DNA of 61,019 nt, taken from a virus. Taxonomy: Duplodnaviria > Caudoviricetes. The notes under the pieces were generated by a model. That model made no database searches and was not told the DNA's origin. It worked only from the letters and a program-made list of their open reading frames with translations. Positions 1 through 8,749 of the stretch are shown in pieces (the stretch's first letter is position 1; every line of letters starts with the position of its first letter). Location of the stretch: the IMG/VR virus record IMGVR_UViG_3300031576_000044, positions 1-61,019 of that record; one strand, 5' to 3'. Both the position numbers and the translations under genes were made by a program.

Positions 1-66
1 CGGCACAGACGATGGGCGGTGGCGTCCGGCGCGTCGGCGCACTGTCGGACGAGGAGAAGTAGCGTC

Positions 67-321
67 ATGGCCAAACGCTCGTTCAGCGGCGCCCCGACTG
101 CGCCCCGCCACCCGCGCGCGCCGCATGTCGAGGCGGCGCTGTTCCTCTCCAGAGCGGCCCGTCGCTATGCGGAGGACCGCGAGCTGACCAGCGTGGTCGT
201 CGAGGCCTTCGTCGCGTTCCTCGACGCTGCGGATCCGCTCCTCTCCGGCCCGACGCGCACCGGGCTCTTGCTGCGGTTCCCATGGCTCGCCGACGTCGGC
301 CGCGAGGCCAGGAAGGAGTAG
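67..321 (+). CDS. Hypothetical phage protein
   Basis: ATG at 67 just after the ParB stop (circularly), purine-rich SD-like sequence upstream. Confidence 0.6.
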   Translation: MAKRSFSGAPTAPRHPRAPHVEAALFLSRAARRYAEDRELTSVVVEAFVAFLDAADPLLSGPTRTGLLLRFPWLADVGREARKE

Positions 322-324
322 GCG

Positions 325-669
325 ATGCCCTGCGACGAGAAGCCAGACGCCGACGGCAAGCTGGTGGGGTTTGTCTGCACGGGGCGAGGAACGCGCGGTT
401 TCTGCGTCTCGTGTTCGCGTCCGTCGTCGAAGCTCTGCGACTGGCCGATCGCCAGGCGGTTCGGCTTCCCGGCCGAGGAGCTGCATCGGTCCGAGGTGCA
501 GACCGCCGACCTCATCGTGGTCGTGACCGAGAAGCGAGACCTGATGCGCGGGCACTGGCGCTGGCCGGTGCAGCAGACACATAGGCCGATGCTGGAGCGG
601 ATCGAACCGCTCGCGGCGGAGGCTGCGGAGGAGCTGTTCCTGGCGCGGTTCTTCGAGGTGAGGCCGTGA
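325..669 (+). CDS. Probable chimera: Cys-rich small-protein N-terminus fused to the C-terminal part of a phage HD (YfdR-like) hydrolase
   Basis: MPC...VC...CVSC...KLCDWP, then IARRFG...EVQTADL...TEKRDLM...IEPL...AEELFLARF; no HD motif. Confidence 0.5.
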   Translation: MPCDEKPDADGKLVGFVCTGRGTRGFCVSCSRPSSKLCDWPIARRFGFPAEELHRSEVQTADLIVVVTEKRDLMRGHWRWPVQQTHRPMLERIEPLAAEAAEELFLARFFEVRP

Positions 670-1160
670 GCGCGACCACATCAATGGAGTCCATGCTTGT
701 CCAGAATCTTCTTGCGCGTAGTGGTCGCGCGCTCGGCGCCGTCAAGACAGCCGCAAGAAAAACTGGCGTCGATCTCGACCGATACATCGAGCGAGTCGCT
801 GGCGGGGAGAAGTGGTGCACCGGTTGCGGAACATGGCAAGCGCGAAACGCATTCGTTGCCGACCGAAGCCGATGGGACGGGGTGAGCGCAAGCTGTCTTG
901 AGTCAAAGCGCGGTCGACCGCGAGGAAGGCGCGACCCAGATCGCGAGCTGGCGCGACGAGCGGTTGCCGTTGCTGTTCGCTTCAAGAAAATCCCGCGACC
1001 GAATGAGCTTGCATGCGTCGACTGCGGGCACACTTGGATCGAAGGCGAGCGGCGACACGAGTACGACCACTACCTAGGCTACGACGTCAAGAGCCACCTC
1101 GACGTTCAGCCGGTCTGCACAACGTGCCACGCCGACAGGGAGAAGACGCGCCGTGGGTAA
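666..1160 (+). CDS. HNH-type endonuclease with N-terminal zinc ribbon
   Basis: KWCTGC, CVDCG...HEYDH...DVQPVCTTCH; more A/T at codon position 3 than flanking genes. Confidence 0.75.
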   Translation: MSATTSMESMLVQNLLARSGRALGAVKTAARKTGVDLDRYIERVAGGEKWCTGCGTWQARNAFVADRSRWDGVSASCLESKRGRPRGRRDPDRELARRAVAVAVRFKKIPRPNELACVDCGHTWIEGERRHEYDHYLGYDVKSHLDVQPVCTTCHADREKTRRG

Positions 1161-2169
1161 GACAGAGATCGCCTGGACCGATTGGACCTGGTCGCCGATC
1201 GTCGGCTGCCGGCGGGTCAGCCCTGGGTGCGAGCACTGCTACGCGGAGAGGCTCGCGGCCACGCGCCTATCTGGCCTCGACAAGTACCGGGGCATGTCGG
1301 ACTTCACCTTTGGCAGCCCGCGCTGGACGGGGCAGATCCGACTGGTCGAGAAGGAGCTGGAGGCGCCGCTTCGGTGGCGCAAGCCGCGGAAGATCTTCGT
1401 CTGCGACATGGGGGATCTTTTCTACGAGGAGGTGCCGGACGAGTGGATCGACCGCGTGTTCGCGGTGATGGCCTTGGCGCCGTGGCACACGTTCCAGGTG
1501 CTCACGAAGAGGGCGGCGCGGATGCGCGAGTACCTCAGTCATCCGGCGCGGGGCACCAGCGGTGGCGCGATCTGGTACGCGGCCGAGAAGCTCCGGCCAT
1601 CGCCGTCACCGAACCATTGGTACCACGCCCCGCGCGGCTTCTCGTGGCCGCTCCCCAACGTCTGGATCGGGGTGAGTGTCGAGGACCAGCAGCGCGCCGA
1701 CTCGCGCATCCCGCTGCTGCTCCAGACGTCGGCGGCGGTACGGTTCATCAGCGCGGAACCTCTACTCGGTCCGATCCAGCTGACCGGGATCTGTAGCGTG
1801 CCCGCCTGCTTCAACGCTCTCTTGCCTGGTCGGTACCCGCGCCTCGACTGGATCATCGCCGGCGGAGAGAGCGGGCCAGGCGCGCGACCATGCGACCTGT
1901 CCTGGATACGCTCCATCGTCGAGCAATGCCGCGAGGCGCGTGTGCCGGCGTTCGTGAAGCAGCTCGGGGCATTCCCGGTGACGCCGAACGCGACGGACGG
2001 GCTGGCGCGAGTCGTCCAGCGCGGCGTGCCCGCCTACCGCTCCGCGCTCGCGTTGCGTGATCGGAAGGGCGGCGACCCGGCGGAGTGGCCCGAGGATCTG
2101 CGGGTCCGCGAGTTCCTCCGACAGCCGGGACCAACGAGTCAGAGGGACGAACGTGCTGAAGCTCGCTGA
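1153..2169 (+). CDS. DUF5131 / phage Gp37-Gp68 family protein
   Basis: TEIAWTDWTWSPIVGCRRVSPGCEHCYA, IFVCDMGDLF, FQVLTKR, SAEPLLG, GGESGPGARP, FVKQLG. Confidence 0.93.
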   Translation: MGKTEIAWTDWTWSPIVGCRRVSPGCEHCYAERLAATRLSGLDKYRGMSDFTFGSPRWTGQIRLVEKELEAPLRWRKPRKIFVCDMGDLFYEEVPDEWIDRVFAVMALAPWHTFQVLTKRAARMREYLSHPARGTSGGAIWYAAEKLRPSPSPNHWYHAPRGFSWPLPNVWIGVSVEDQQRADSRIPLLLQTSAAVRFISAEPLLGPIQLTGICSVPACFNALLPGRYPRLDWIIAGGESGPGARPCDLSWIRSIVEQCREARVPAFVKQLGAFPVTPNATDGLARVVQRGVPAYRSALALRDRKGGDPAEWPEDLRVREFLRQPGPTSQRDERAEAR

Positions 2170-3853
2170 CGGCCTCAAGCTTCCCGTCGACGCGATCACC
2201 CAGACCTTCGGCGTCCTAGCAATGCGTGGCGCCGGAAAGAGCAACCTCGCCGCGGTCATGGCCGAGGAGATGTTCGAGGCCGGCCTACCCTTCGTCGTCG
2301 TCGACCCGGTCGGCAGCTGGTGGGGGCTGCGCTCGGCCGCCGACGGGAAGCGCCCGGGGCTCGCCGTCCCCATCTTCGGGGGCCAGCATGGCGACGTCCC
2401 CCTCGAGAAGACCGGCGGCCAGGTCCTCGCCGACCTGGTGGTCGACGAGCGCGCCTCGTGCGTCCTCGACCTGAGCGACATGTCGGAGGGCGACAAGATC
2501 CGGTTCCTCTGCGACTTCGCCGAGCGGCTCTACCGACGCAACCGCGACCCGCTCCACCTCTTCCTCGAGGAGAGCGACGACTACGCCCCGCAGCGCCCGT
2601 TCCGCGAGCAGGCCCGGCTCCTGCGTGCCTGGGAGAATGTCGTGCGCCGCGGCCGCGCCCGAGGCCTCGGGATCACGATGATCACCCAGCGCTCCGCGGC
2701 GCTGGCCAAGTCGGTCCTCACGCAGATCGAGACCCTCTTCGTCCTGCGCACCACGTCGCCCCAGGATCGCAAGGCGGTGCAGGCCTGGGTCGACTTCCAC
2801 GGCACGGCCGGGAACGAGGTACTGGAAAGCCTGCCCACCCTGCGTGCCGGAGAGGCCTGGGCCTGGTCGCCGCACTGGCTGGGGGTGACGAAGCGGCTGC
2901 AGGTGCGGCGGCGCTGGACGTTCGACAGCGGGGCGACGCCGAAGGACCTCCGGGCCAGGCGGCGCGCTGCGACGCTCGCCGACGTCGATCTCGGCGCGAT
3001 CCGGGAGCGTATGGCGGCCACGATCGAGCGGGCGAAGGCCGAGGACCCGCGCGAGCTGAAGCGGCGCGTGGCCGAGCTCGAGCTGCAGCTCGCCTCAAGG
3101 AGTACTCCGGCGCCGACCAAGGAGCATCGGGTCGAGGTGCCGGTGCTCAAGGAGGGCCAGGTCAAGCGCCTCGAGGCGGCGGCCGTCCGGGCGGAGAAGA
3201 TCGCGGCCGGGCTGCAGGAGCGGGTCCACGACCTCCGAGAGGAGGCGGCGGCGCTGCGGCAGGTCCTGCGGCAGCCCATACCCGGTTTTACCCGGCCTGC
3301 CCGTGAAATCCCGAACACCGGAAGGTTACACAAGATCCGGGCAACTCCAGCCGCGCCAGCAGATAGGTTTAGGTCAGAGCGCCAGCTCGAGCGGTTGCCC
3401 GGGAAATCCCAGAACCCGGATTTACCCGGACCGATCGGCGGCGGCCTCCGGCGGATGCTCGTCGCTCTCGCCCAGCGCCCCCAAGGCCTGAGCGCCAGGC
3501 AGCTCGGCGTCCGCGCTGGCCTCTCCTCGAGGAGCGGGACCTTCTGCACCTACCTTGCTCGCGCCAGGACGTCGGGCTGGGTCGCTGGCGATCGCGGTCG
3601 CCTCACCCTGACCGAGGCCGGGCTCGCGACGTGGCTCGGCGAGCTCGGCGGTGGCGCTGCGCGGATGATCGAGACGCTCGCCTCCGCATACCCGCGGGCG
3701 CTCTCGAAGCAGGAGTTGGGCGAGGCCTCGGGGCTCTCGTCTGTCTCGGGAACGTTCTCGACCTACCTGAGCCGGCTCCGCTCGCTCGAGCTGGTCGAGG
3801 GCCGAGGCGAGCTGCGCGCGAGCGGCGAGCTGTTCGAGGGAGAACCATCGTAA
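2153..3853 (+). CDS. HerA/DUF87-like P-loop ATPase with two C-terminal winged-helix repeats
   Basis: Walker A MRGAGKS, VVDPVG, Walker B LFLEESD, RRGRARGLG..ITQR; duplicated GLSSxSGTFxTYL. Confidence 0.85.
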   Translation: MLKLADGLKLPVDAITQTFGVLAMRGAGKSNLAAVMAEEMFEAGLPFVVVDPVGSWWGLRSAADGKRPGLAVPIFGGQHGDVPLEKTGGQVLADLVVDERASCVLDLSDMSEGDKIRFLCDFAERLYRRNRDPLHLFLEESDDYAPQRPFREQARLLRAWENVVRRGRARGLGITMITQRSAALAKSVLTQIETLFVLRTTSPQDRKAVQAWVDFHGTAGNEVLESLPTLRAGEAWAWSPHWLGVTKRLQVRRRWTFDSGATPKDLRARRRAATLADVDLGAIRERMAATIERAKAEDPRELKRRVAELELQLASRSTPAPTKEHRVEVPVLKEGQVKRLEAAAVRAEKIAAGLQERVHDLREEAAALRQVLRQPIPGFTRPAREIPNTGRLHKIRATPAAPADRFRSERQLERLPGKSQNPDLPGPIGGGLRRMLVALAQRPQGLSARQLGVRAGLSSRSGTFCTYLARARTSGWVAGDRGRLTLTEAGLATWLGELGGGAARMIETLASAYPRALSKQELGEASGLSSVSGTFSTYLSRLRSLELVEGRGELRASGELFEGEPS

Positions 3854-3906
3854 TGCACCACCACCAACGAGAAGGCCGCAGTTCGCGCGGCCGGAGACGA
3901 GCGCAC

Positions 3907-4485
3907 ATGGCGAAGAGAACGTCGCTGAGTAAGGCAACCCGCTTCGAAGTCTTCAAGCGCGACAAGTTCACCTGCCAGTACTGTGGCCGCACCCCGCCAC
4001 AGGTCATGCTCCAGGTCGACCACATCGTCGCTGTGGCAAGGGGTGGAAGGTCTGAGATTCTCAACCTGATCACCTCGTGCGCCGAGTGCAACCTGGGCAA
4101 GGGAGCACGAGATCTGTCCAGCGCTCCGCCGTCACTGGTTGACCAGATTCAAGAGCGCCGAGAGAGAGAGGAGCAGGCCGAGGAACACAACCGCTTCCTC
4201 CTAGAGATCTACCGCAAAACGGACGAGGCCATCGACGATATCGGGCGTCGCTGGTTCAACTACTTTACCAAGCGGAAGAACCGATTCACCTTCGGTCCTG
4301 AGCGGCGTCCTTCCATCCGTACTTTTCTCAAGCATCTGACGATCGTCGACCTTCAGGAGGCCATAGAGAAGGCGCACGGCAAGATCCCCGTGGAGCGCGA
4401 TTGCGATGAGCGGACGTGGAAGTACTTCTGCGGCATCTGTTGGGGAGTGATCAAGGAACGAAATGACCGACAGTCGAAGGGCTAG
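3907..4485 (+). CDS. HNH endonuclease
   Basis: RFEVFKRDKFTCQYCG...VDHIVAVARGG...NLITSCAECNLGK. Confidence 0.9.
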   Translation: MAKRTSLSKATRFEVFKRDKFTCQYCGRTPPQVMLQVDHIVAVARGGRSEILNLITSCAECNLGKGARDLSSAPPSLVDQIQERREREEQAEEHNRFLLEIYRKTDEAIDDIGRRWFNYFTKRKNRFTFGPERRPSIRTFLKHLTIVDLQEAIEKAHGKIPVERDCDERTWKYFCGICWGVIKERNDRQSKG

Positions 4486-4497
4486 AAGGCAAGCCGG

Positions 4498-5679
4498 ATG
4501 CCGAGTCGGGCTCCAGCCTTCCAGTGGTACAGCGGTGACTGGCTCAAGGATCCAGGAGTTCGGGCCCTCAGCCTCGCCGCACGCGGTCTCTGGGCGGACA
4601 TGCTGAACCTCATGGACCAGTCCGAGACCCGCGGGTACTTGCGTCACCGGACAGGCGCGCCGGTATCGACGGAACAGCTGGCCAGGATGGTCGGCTCCGG
4701 GTTGCCGGAAGTGCGGCGGTGCATCGCCGAGCTCGAGCGCACCGGGGTGTTCTCTCGGGACCAAGATGGTGTCATCTTTTCCAGGCGAATGGTCCGAGAC
4801 GAGCGCAAGCGCGCGCTGTGCGCTGAGGCCGGGAAAAAAGGCGGGAATCCTGTATTAATGGGCACTTACGAGCAGCTGACCATTAAGGGTGATCCAAAGG
4901 GTGCTCCCAAGCCAAACCCAACCCCTTCTTCTTCTTCTTCAGCTTCTGCTTCAAAGCCTTTACCCCCGCTCGCTTCGCTCGCTGCCCCCAAGGGGGCGGC
5001 CGACCATACCGAAAACGGCTCGCCTGCGGCTGCGGTGCTCGACGTGGAGCACACGGACGACCAGGCGGCGGTCGGCGCTGAGGCCGATCGCTCCTCGCAC
5101 GCCGACGTGGGCGTGACGGAGAGGCCGAAGGTGAGGCGGCGCACCCCCCGGAGCAGCGAGAAGACGACCTGGACCCGCGTGCCACCGACCGAGACGCTCG
5201 ACGTGGAGCGCCGCCGGTTCGCCGTCGAGCTCGGCCTCGACGCCGAGTGGCAGTGGGCGAAGTTCGTCGACCACGAATACCGAGCACCCGGGCACTCCGA
5301 CGTGGGAGCGACCTGGCGTAACTGGTGCCGTGAGGCGGTCCGGCGCGGCGAGGCACAGGGGCCTCGGCGCGAACCCGATCCGTCACCCCCGCGAGCTGCG
5401 ACGTGGCAGCTACGGGCGCAGGTGACGGAAGCCGGGCGGGACGCCTGGCACGCGGCCCGAGAAGCGCTTCGCGCGCAGCTCAAGCGCGAGGCATGGGAGA
5501 TCTGGATCGCGCCGCTCGTGTACGTGGGCGACGGGGAGGGCGTGCTGTACCTGCGAGCGCCTTCGCAGTTGTTCGTCGACTGGCTCGGGGCAAACCACGC
5601 GAAGTCGTTCGGCGCGGCGTTGCCTGGCTGGCGCTGGTCGCTCGGCGTCGGCGAGGTCGAGTTCGTAGGCGTGGGCTGA
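4498..5679 (+). CDS. Phage replication initiator with C-terminal DnaA_N-like domain
   Basis: PAFQWYSGDWLKD...ARGLW.DML, SRRMVRD, poly-Ser linker, ATWRNWCR; C-terminal WEIWIAPL...APSQLFVDWL. Confidence 0.8.
   Translation: MPSRAPAFQWYSGDWLKDPGVRALSLAARGLWADMLNLMDQSETRGYLRHRTGAPVSTEQLARMVGSGLPEVRRCIAELERTGVFSRDQDGVIFSRRMVRDERKRALCAEAGKKGGNPVLMGTYEQLTIKGDPKGAPKPNPTPSSSSSASASKPLPPLASLAAPKGAADHTENGSPAAAVLDVEHTDDQAAVGAEADRSSHADVGVTERPKVRRRTPRSSEKTTWTRVPPTETLDVERRRFAVELGLDAEWQWAKFVDHEYRAPGHSDVGATWRNWCREAVRRGEAQGPRREPDPSPPRAATWQLRAQVTEAGRDAWHAAREALRAQLKREAWEIWIAPLVYVGDGEGVLYLRAPSQLFVDWLGANHAKSFGAALPGWRWSLGVGEVEFVGVG
4850..4960. other. Candidate replication origin inside the initiator gene
   Basis: Locally AT-richer; AAGGGTG twice; (TCT)n tract; matches the usual position of lambdoid-type origins. 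Confidence 0.4.
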
Positions 5680-5888
5680 TGGCGAATGGCCACCTGATGC
5701 GAGTGCGGCGGCTCCTCGAGGCGGAGATCGCGGACGCGCCGCGGATGTACAACCACGCGAGCGCTGCTGCGTCCCTGGAGGCCTTCCGGGAGCTGCTGAA
5801 GGGGGTAGGCCTGTGGCCGCTGACCGAGGGTGAAGCGACCGACGCGGAGCGGCGCCGGACTGCGGGCAAGGACGGCACTTGCCGCTGA
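5679..5888 (+). CDS. Hypothetical protein
   Basis: TGATG coupling to the initiator; overlaps the next start. Confidence 0.55.
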   Translation: MANGHLMRVRRLLEAEIADAPRMYNHASAAASLEAFRELLKGVGLWPLTEGEATDAERRRTAGKDGTCR

Positions 5889-7405
5889 CCGATGCCCAGC
5901 GTGCCGAGCTCGGGCGACTTCACGCCCGCCGCAAGGAGTTGCTCGAGCGGATGACGGCGCTGCCGCAGAGCCTCGGAGCCGCTGGGCGTGACCTGCAGCG
6001 GATCCTGGTCGAGTTCGGCGAGGTCATCGAGCGCCTCGACGAGCTCGAAGTCATCGAGCACGGCCGCGAGCTCGCGCAGAAGATGGCGCGCGACCGGGCG
6101 ATGGCCGATGTCGCTGCCTTGCAACTGGACGCCGGCGAGGAGCTGCTCAAGGCGCATCTCGCTACCAGCCGCCAGATGGGGGCTCGGCTTACCGCCCGGG
6201 TCGGCAGCCGGCGCGAGGCCTCGGCGCTCATCGATCGCGGGCTGGGCCAGGTTGCCGCGTTCTCCGACGCCCGGATCCGCGCGGTCATACGGCGGACGGG
6301 GACCGTGGCGGCCGCGCTCCAGCACGAGCTCGACGTCCGGGTCTTCGGGCGGCGGGTCGACCAGCGTGCCGACGAGGTCGGGGTTGTCCTGGGTGGTGGC
6401 ATCGAGCGGAAGCTCGTGGAGCGTCTGTGGGATGGGAAGGTCGGCCGCCCCGGGCAGCTCGGACAGCTGTTCCTTGCGAAGGTCGACCGCGCCGCCGTGC
6501 TCAGCGCCGGCTACGAGGAGACGGCCGCACGCCTCAAGGCCGAGGTCGACCGGCTGCTCTCGCTCGGCCACAGCGCCCGTACCGCCACCGCGGCGCTCCA
6601 GCGCGCGAGCTTCAGCCTCGAGGGGTACGCGAAGTGGGTGGACCAACTGGCGGCCGCAGGCCGTGGGGCCATCCAGGGTGACGCCGGCGCGCGCAAGGGG
6701 TTCCAGGCTCTCCTGCGGACGGCCAAGCGCTACGTCCAGCGCCGCGGCGCCACCGAAGTCGCGCTCTCGACCCGCGGGGCGAGCGCCAAGCTCGTGCGCT
6801 CGATCGAGAAGGCGGTCCTCGACCTCAGCGAGCAGGCGATCCAGAGCGCGGTCACGCGCTGGGTCGCGAAGAAGGCCAACTACGAGGCCATCACCATGAT
6901 GCGCACCGTCACCAACGAGACCTACCGCGCGCAGGCACAGCTCGGGATGATCGAGCGGCCATGGATCTACGCGGTGGAGTGGCGCCTCTCGCTCAGCCAC
7001 CCACGCATCGACGTCTGCAACGCGATGGCCTCGGCCGACCTCGGGCTCGGGCCAGGGCACTACTTCATCGGTCACATCCCGACGGCCCATCCGAGCTGCT
7101 TGTGTAGGATCGAGCCCGTCATCGACCAGGACTTCTTCAAGCGCGACGGCCGCCCGCTCGCCTGGACGCCGCCGTCCGACTACGGCAGGAACCTCGACGC
7201 GCTCGCCTTCCACGGTGCCTTCGCGGCCGCGGCCAACGGCGCGAAGACCCCGGCCGAGCTGCGGGACCGGATGGCGAGGGGAGGGCTCCTTGCTCAGACG
7301 CCGGCGAAGCTCGATCGGGTCTCGCCCCGGAAGGCGACGCCGGCGAACCTTTTGCGAACGCGGATCGAGGCGTCGATGAAAAGGGAAGTTCTTGGGGCGC
7401 TTTGA
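5879..7405 (+). CDS. Minor capsid / head morphogenesis protein (MuF/SPP1 gp7-like)
   Basis: Helical N-terminus; MRTVTNETY, WRLSLSHPRIDVC...LGPGHY...PTAHPSCLC. Confidence 0.75.
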   Translation: MPLTDAQRAELGRLHARRKELLERMTALPQSLGAAGRDLQRILVEFGEVIERLDELEVIEHGRELAQKMARDRAMADVAALQLDAGEELLKAHLATSRQMGARLTARVGSRREASALIDRGLGQVAAFSDARIRAVIRRTGTVAAALQHELDVRVFGRRVDQRADEVGVVLGGGIERKLVERLWDGKVGRPGQLGQLFLAKVDRAAVLSAGYEETAARLKAEVDRLLSLGHSARTATAALQRASFSLEGYAKWVDQLAAAGRGAIQGDAGARKGFQALLRTAKRYVQRRGATEVALSTRGASAKLVRSIEKAVLDLSEQAIQSAVTRWVAKKANYEAITMMRTVTNETYRAQAQLGMIERPWIYAVEWRLSLSHPRIDVCNAMASADLGLGPGHYFIGHIPTAHPSCLCRIEPVIDQDFFKRDGRPLAWTPPSDYGRNLDALAFHGAFAAAANGAKTPAELRDRMARGGLLAQTPAKLDRVSPRKATPANLLRTRIEASMKREVLGAL

Positions 7406-8704
7406 TTGGAGGAGCTGGCGCTAGACTATTCAAGAGGGGACTTACAGTTGCCGGACGAACCGAAACTAGCCGAAGAACACAACGACGTGTTCGCGCGGGA
7501 TGCAAGGCGCGACGGTCCGCTCGGCAGCGTGCAGGACCTGAAGCCAGACCCCGAGAACGCCCGTAAGCACGGCAAGCGCAACGTGGGCATGATGGTCGAG
7601 GCGCTCCAGGAGGTCGGGGCGGGCCGCAGCATCGTCATCGACGAGGACGGGGTCATCCTCGCCGGCAACGGCATCGTCCAGGCGGCGGCGGAGGCCGGCA
7701 TCGAGCGCGTCCAGGTGGTCGAGGCCGACGGCAAGACCATCATCGCCGTGCGGCGGCGCGACCTGACGCCGGAGCAGAAGCGGCGGCTCGCCCTCTACGA
7801 CAACCGGACCGCGGAGCTGGCGAACTGGGACGCCGAGGTGCTCCAAGCGCTGCACCAGGACGGCGCCCTTTCGGGACTGTGGACCGACGAGGAGCTGGGC
7901 GGTCTGCTCGACATCGAGCCCGACGGGGGTCCCGACGACCCCGGCCCCGAACTCGAGCGGGCCGAGGAGCTGCGCGCGAAGTGGGGAGTGGTTGCCGGCC
8001 AGGTGTGGCAGCTCGGCGAGCACCGGCTCGCCTGCGGCGACTGCCGCGACACGGCCACCGTCGATGCCGCCACCGCTGGCCGGAAGGCGTGCGCCATGTG
8101 GACGGACCCGCCGTACGGCGTCGAGTACCAGGGCGGCACGGGCCTGCGGATCGCGAACGACAACCGGGCCGAGCTGCCCGACCTGCTGCGGGGTGCCTTC
8201 GCCACCGCCGATGGGGCGCTCGAGAGCGGCTCGCCCATCTACGTCGCCCATCCGGCCGGGAGCCTGTCGCTCGTCTTCGGCCAGGCATTCCTCGACGTCG
8301 GCTGGCACTTCCACGAGACGCTGGTGTGGGTCAAGGACGCGCTGGTCCTCGGCCACTCCGACTACCACTACATGCACGAGCCCATCCTCTACGGCTGGAA
8401 GGGCACGATGCGGCGCTGGTACGCGGGCAGGAGCGAGACCTCGGTCTTCCAGATCCCGCGTCCCAGGAAGAGCGAGGACCACCCGACCATGAAGCCGGTC
8501 GAGCTGGTCGAGGCGCACCTCAGGAACAGCACCAAGGCCGGCGACCTCGTGTGGGAACCGTTCGGCGGGAGCGGGACGACCCTGGTTGCCTGCGAGCGGC
8601 TCCGGCGGCGCTCTGCCTCGAGCGAAATCGACCCGAGGTACGTCGCCGTGGCCCTCGAGCGCTGGGCCGTGATGACGGGCAAGGAGCCATCGCGTGTCGG
8701 TTGA
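7406..8704 (+). CDS. ParB-like N-domain fused to N6A/N4C DNA methyltransferase (start uncertain)
   Basis: DPENARKH...IVIDEDGVILAGNG...DNR; TDPPYG, HPTMKPVEL, EPFGGSGTT. Confidence 0.92.
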   Translation: MEELALDYSRGDLQLPDEPKLAEEHNDVFARDARRDGPLGSVQDLKPDPENARKHGKRNVGMMVEALQEVGAGRSIVIDEDGVILAGNGIVQAAAEAGIERVQVVEADGKTIIAVRRRDLTPEQKRRLALYDNRTAELANWDAEVLQALHQDGALSGLWTDEELGGLLDIEPDGGPDDPGPELERAEELRAKWGVVAGQVWQLGEHRLACGDCRDTATVDAATAGRKACAMWTDPPYGVEYQGGTGLRIANDNRAELPDLLRGAFATADGALESGSPIYVAHPAGSLSLVFGQAFLDVGWHFHETLVWVKDALVLGHSDYHYMHEPILYGWKGTMRRWYAGRSETSVFQIPRPRKSEDHPTMKPVELVEAHLRNSTKAGDLVWEPFGGSGTTLVACERLRRRSASSEIDPRYVAVALERWAVMTGKEPSRVG

Positions 8705-8749
8705 GCTGCCGAGCGCCGAGGAGGTCCGGGGCGAGATGACCCGCGAGGG

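Noticed and set aside
121-1149. Self-splicing intron or IS element
   Set aside because: No terminal inverted repeats, transposase or group I/II boundary signatures; the segment contains ordinary early genes
2153-4485. HerA plus nuclease anti-phage defence system
   Set aside because: Both genes sit in the core early/replication operon, and the ATPase has the phage-type winged-helix tail; no SIR2 or NurA partner
7406-8704. Restriction-modification system
   Set aside because: Orphan ParB-methyltransferase next to terminase is a common phage arrangement; no cognate restriction enzyme seen
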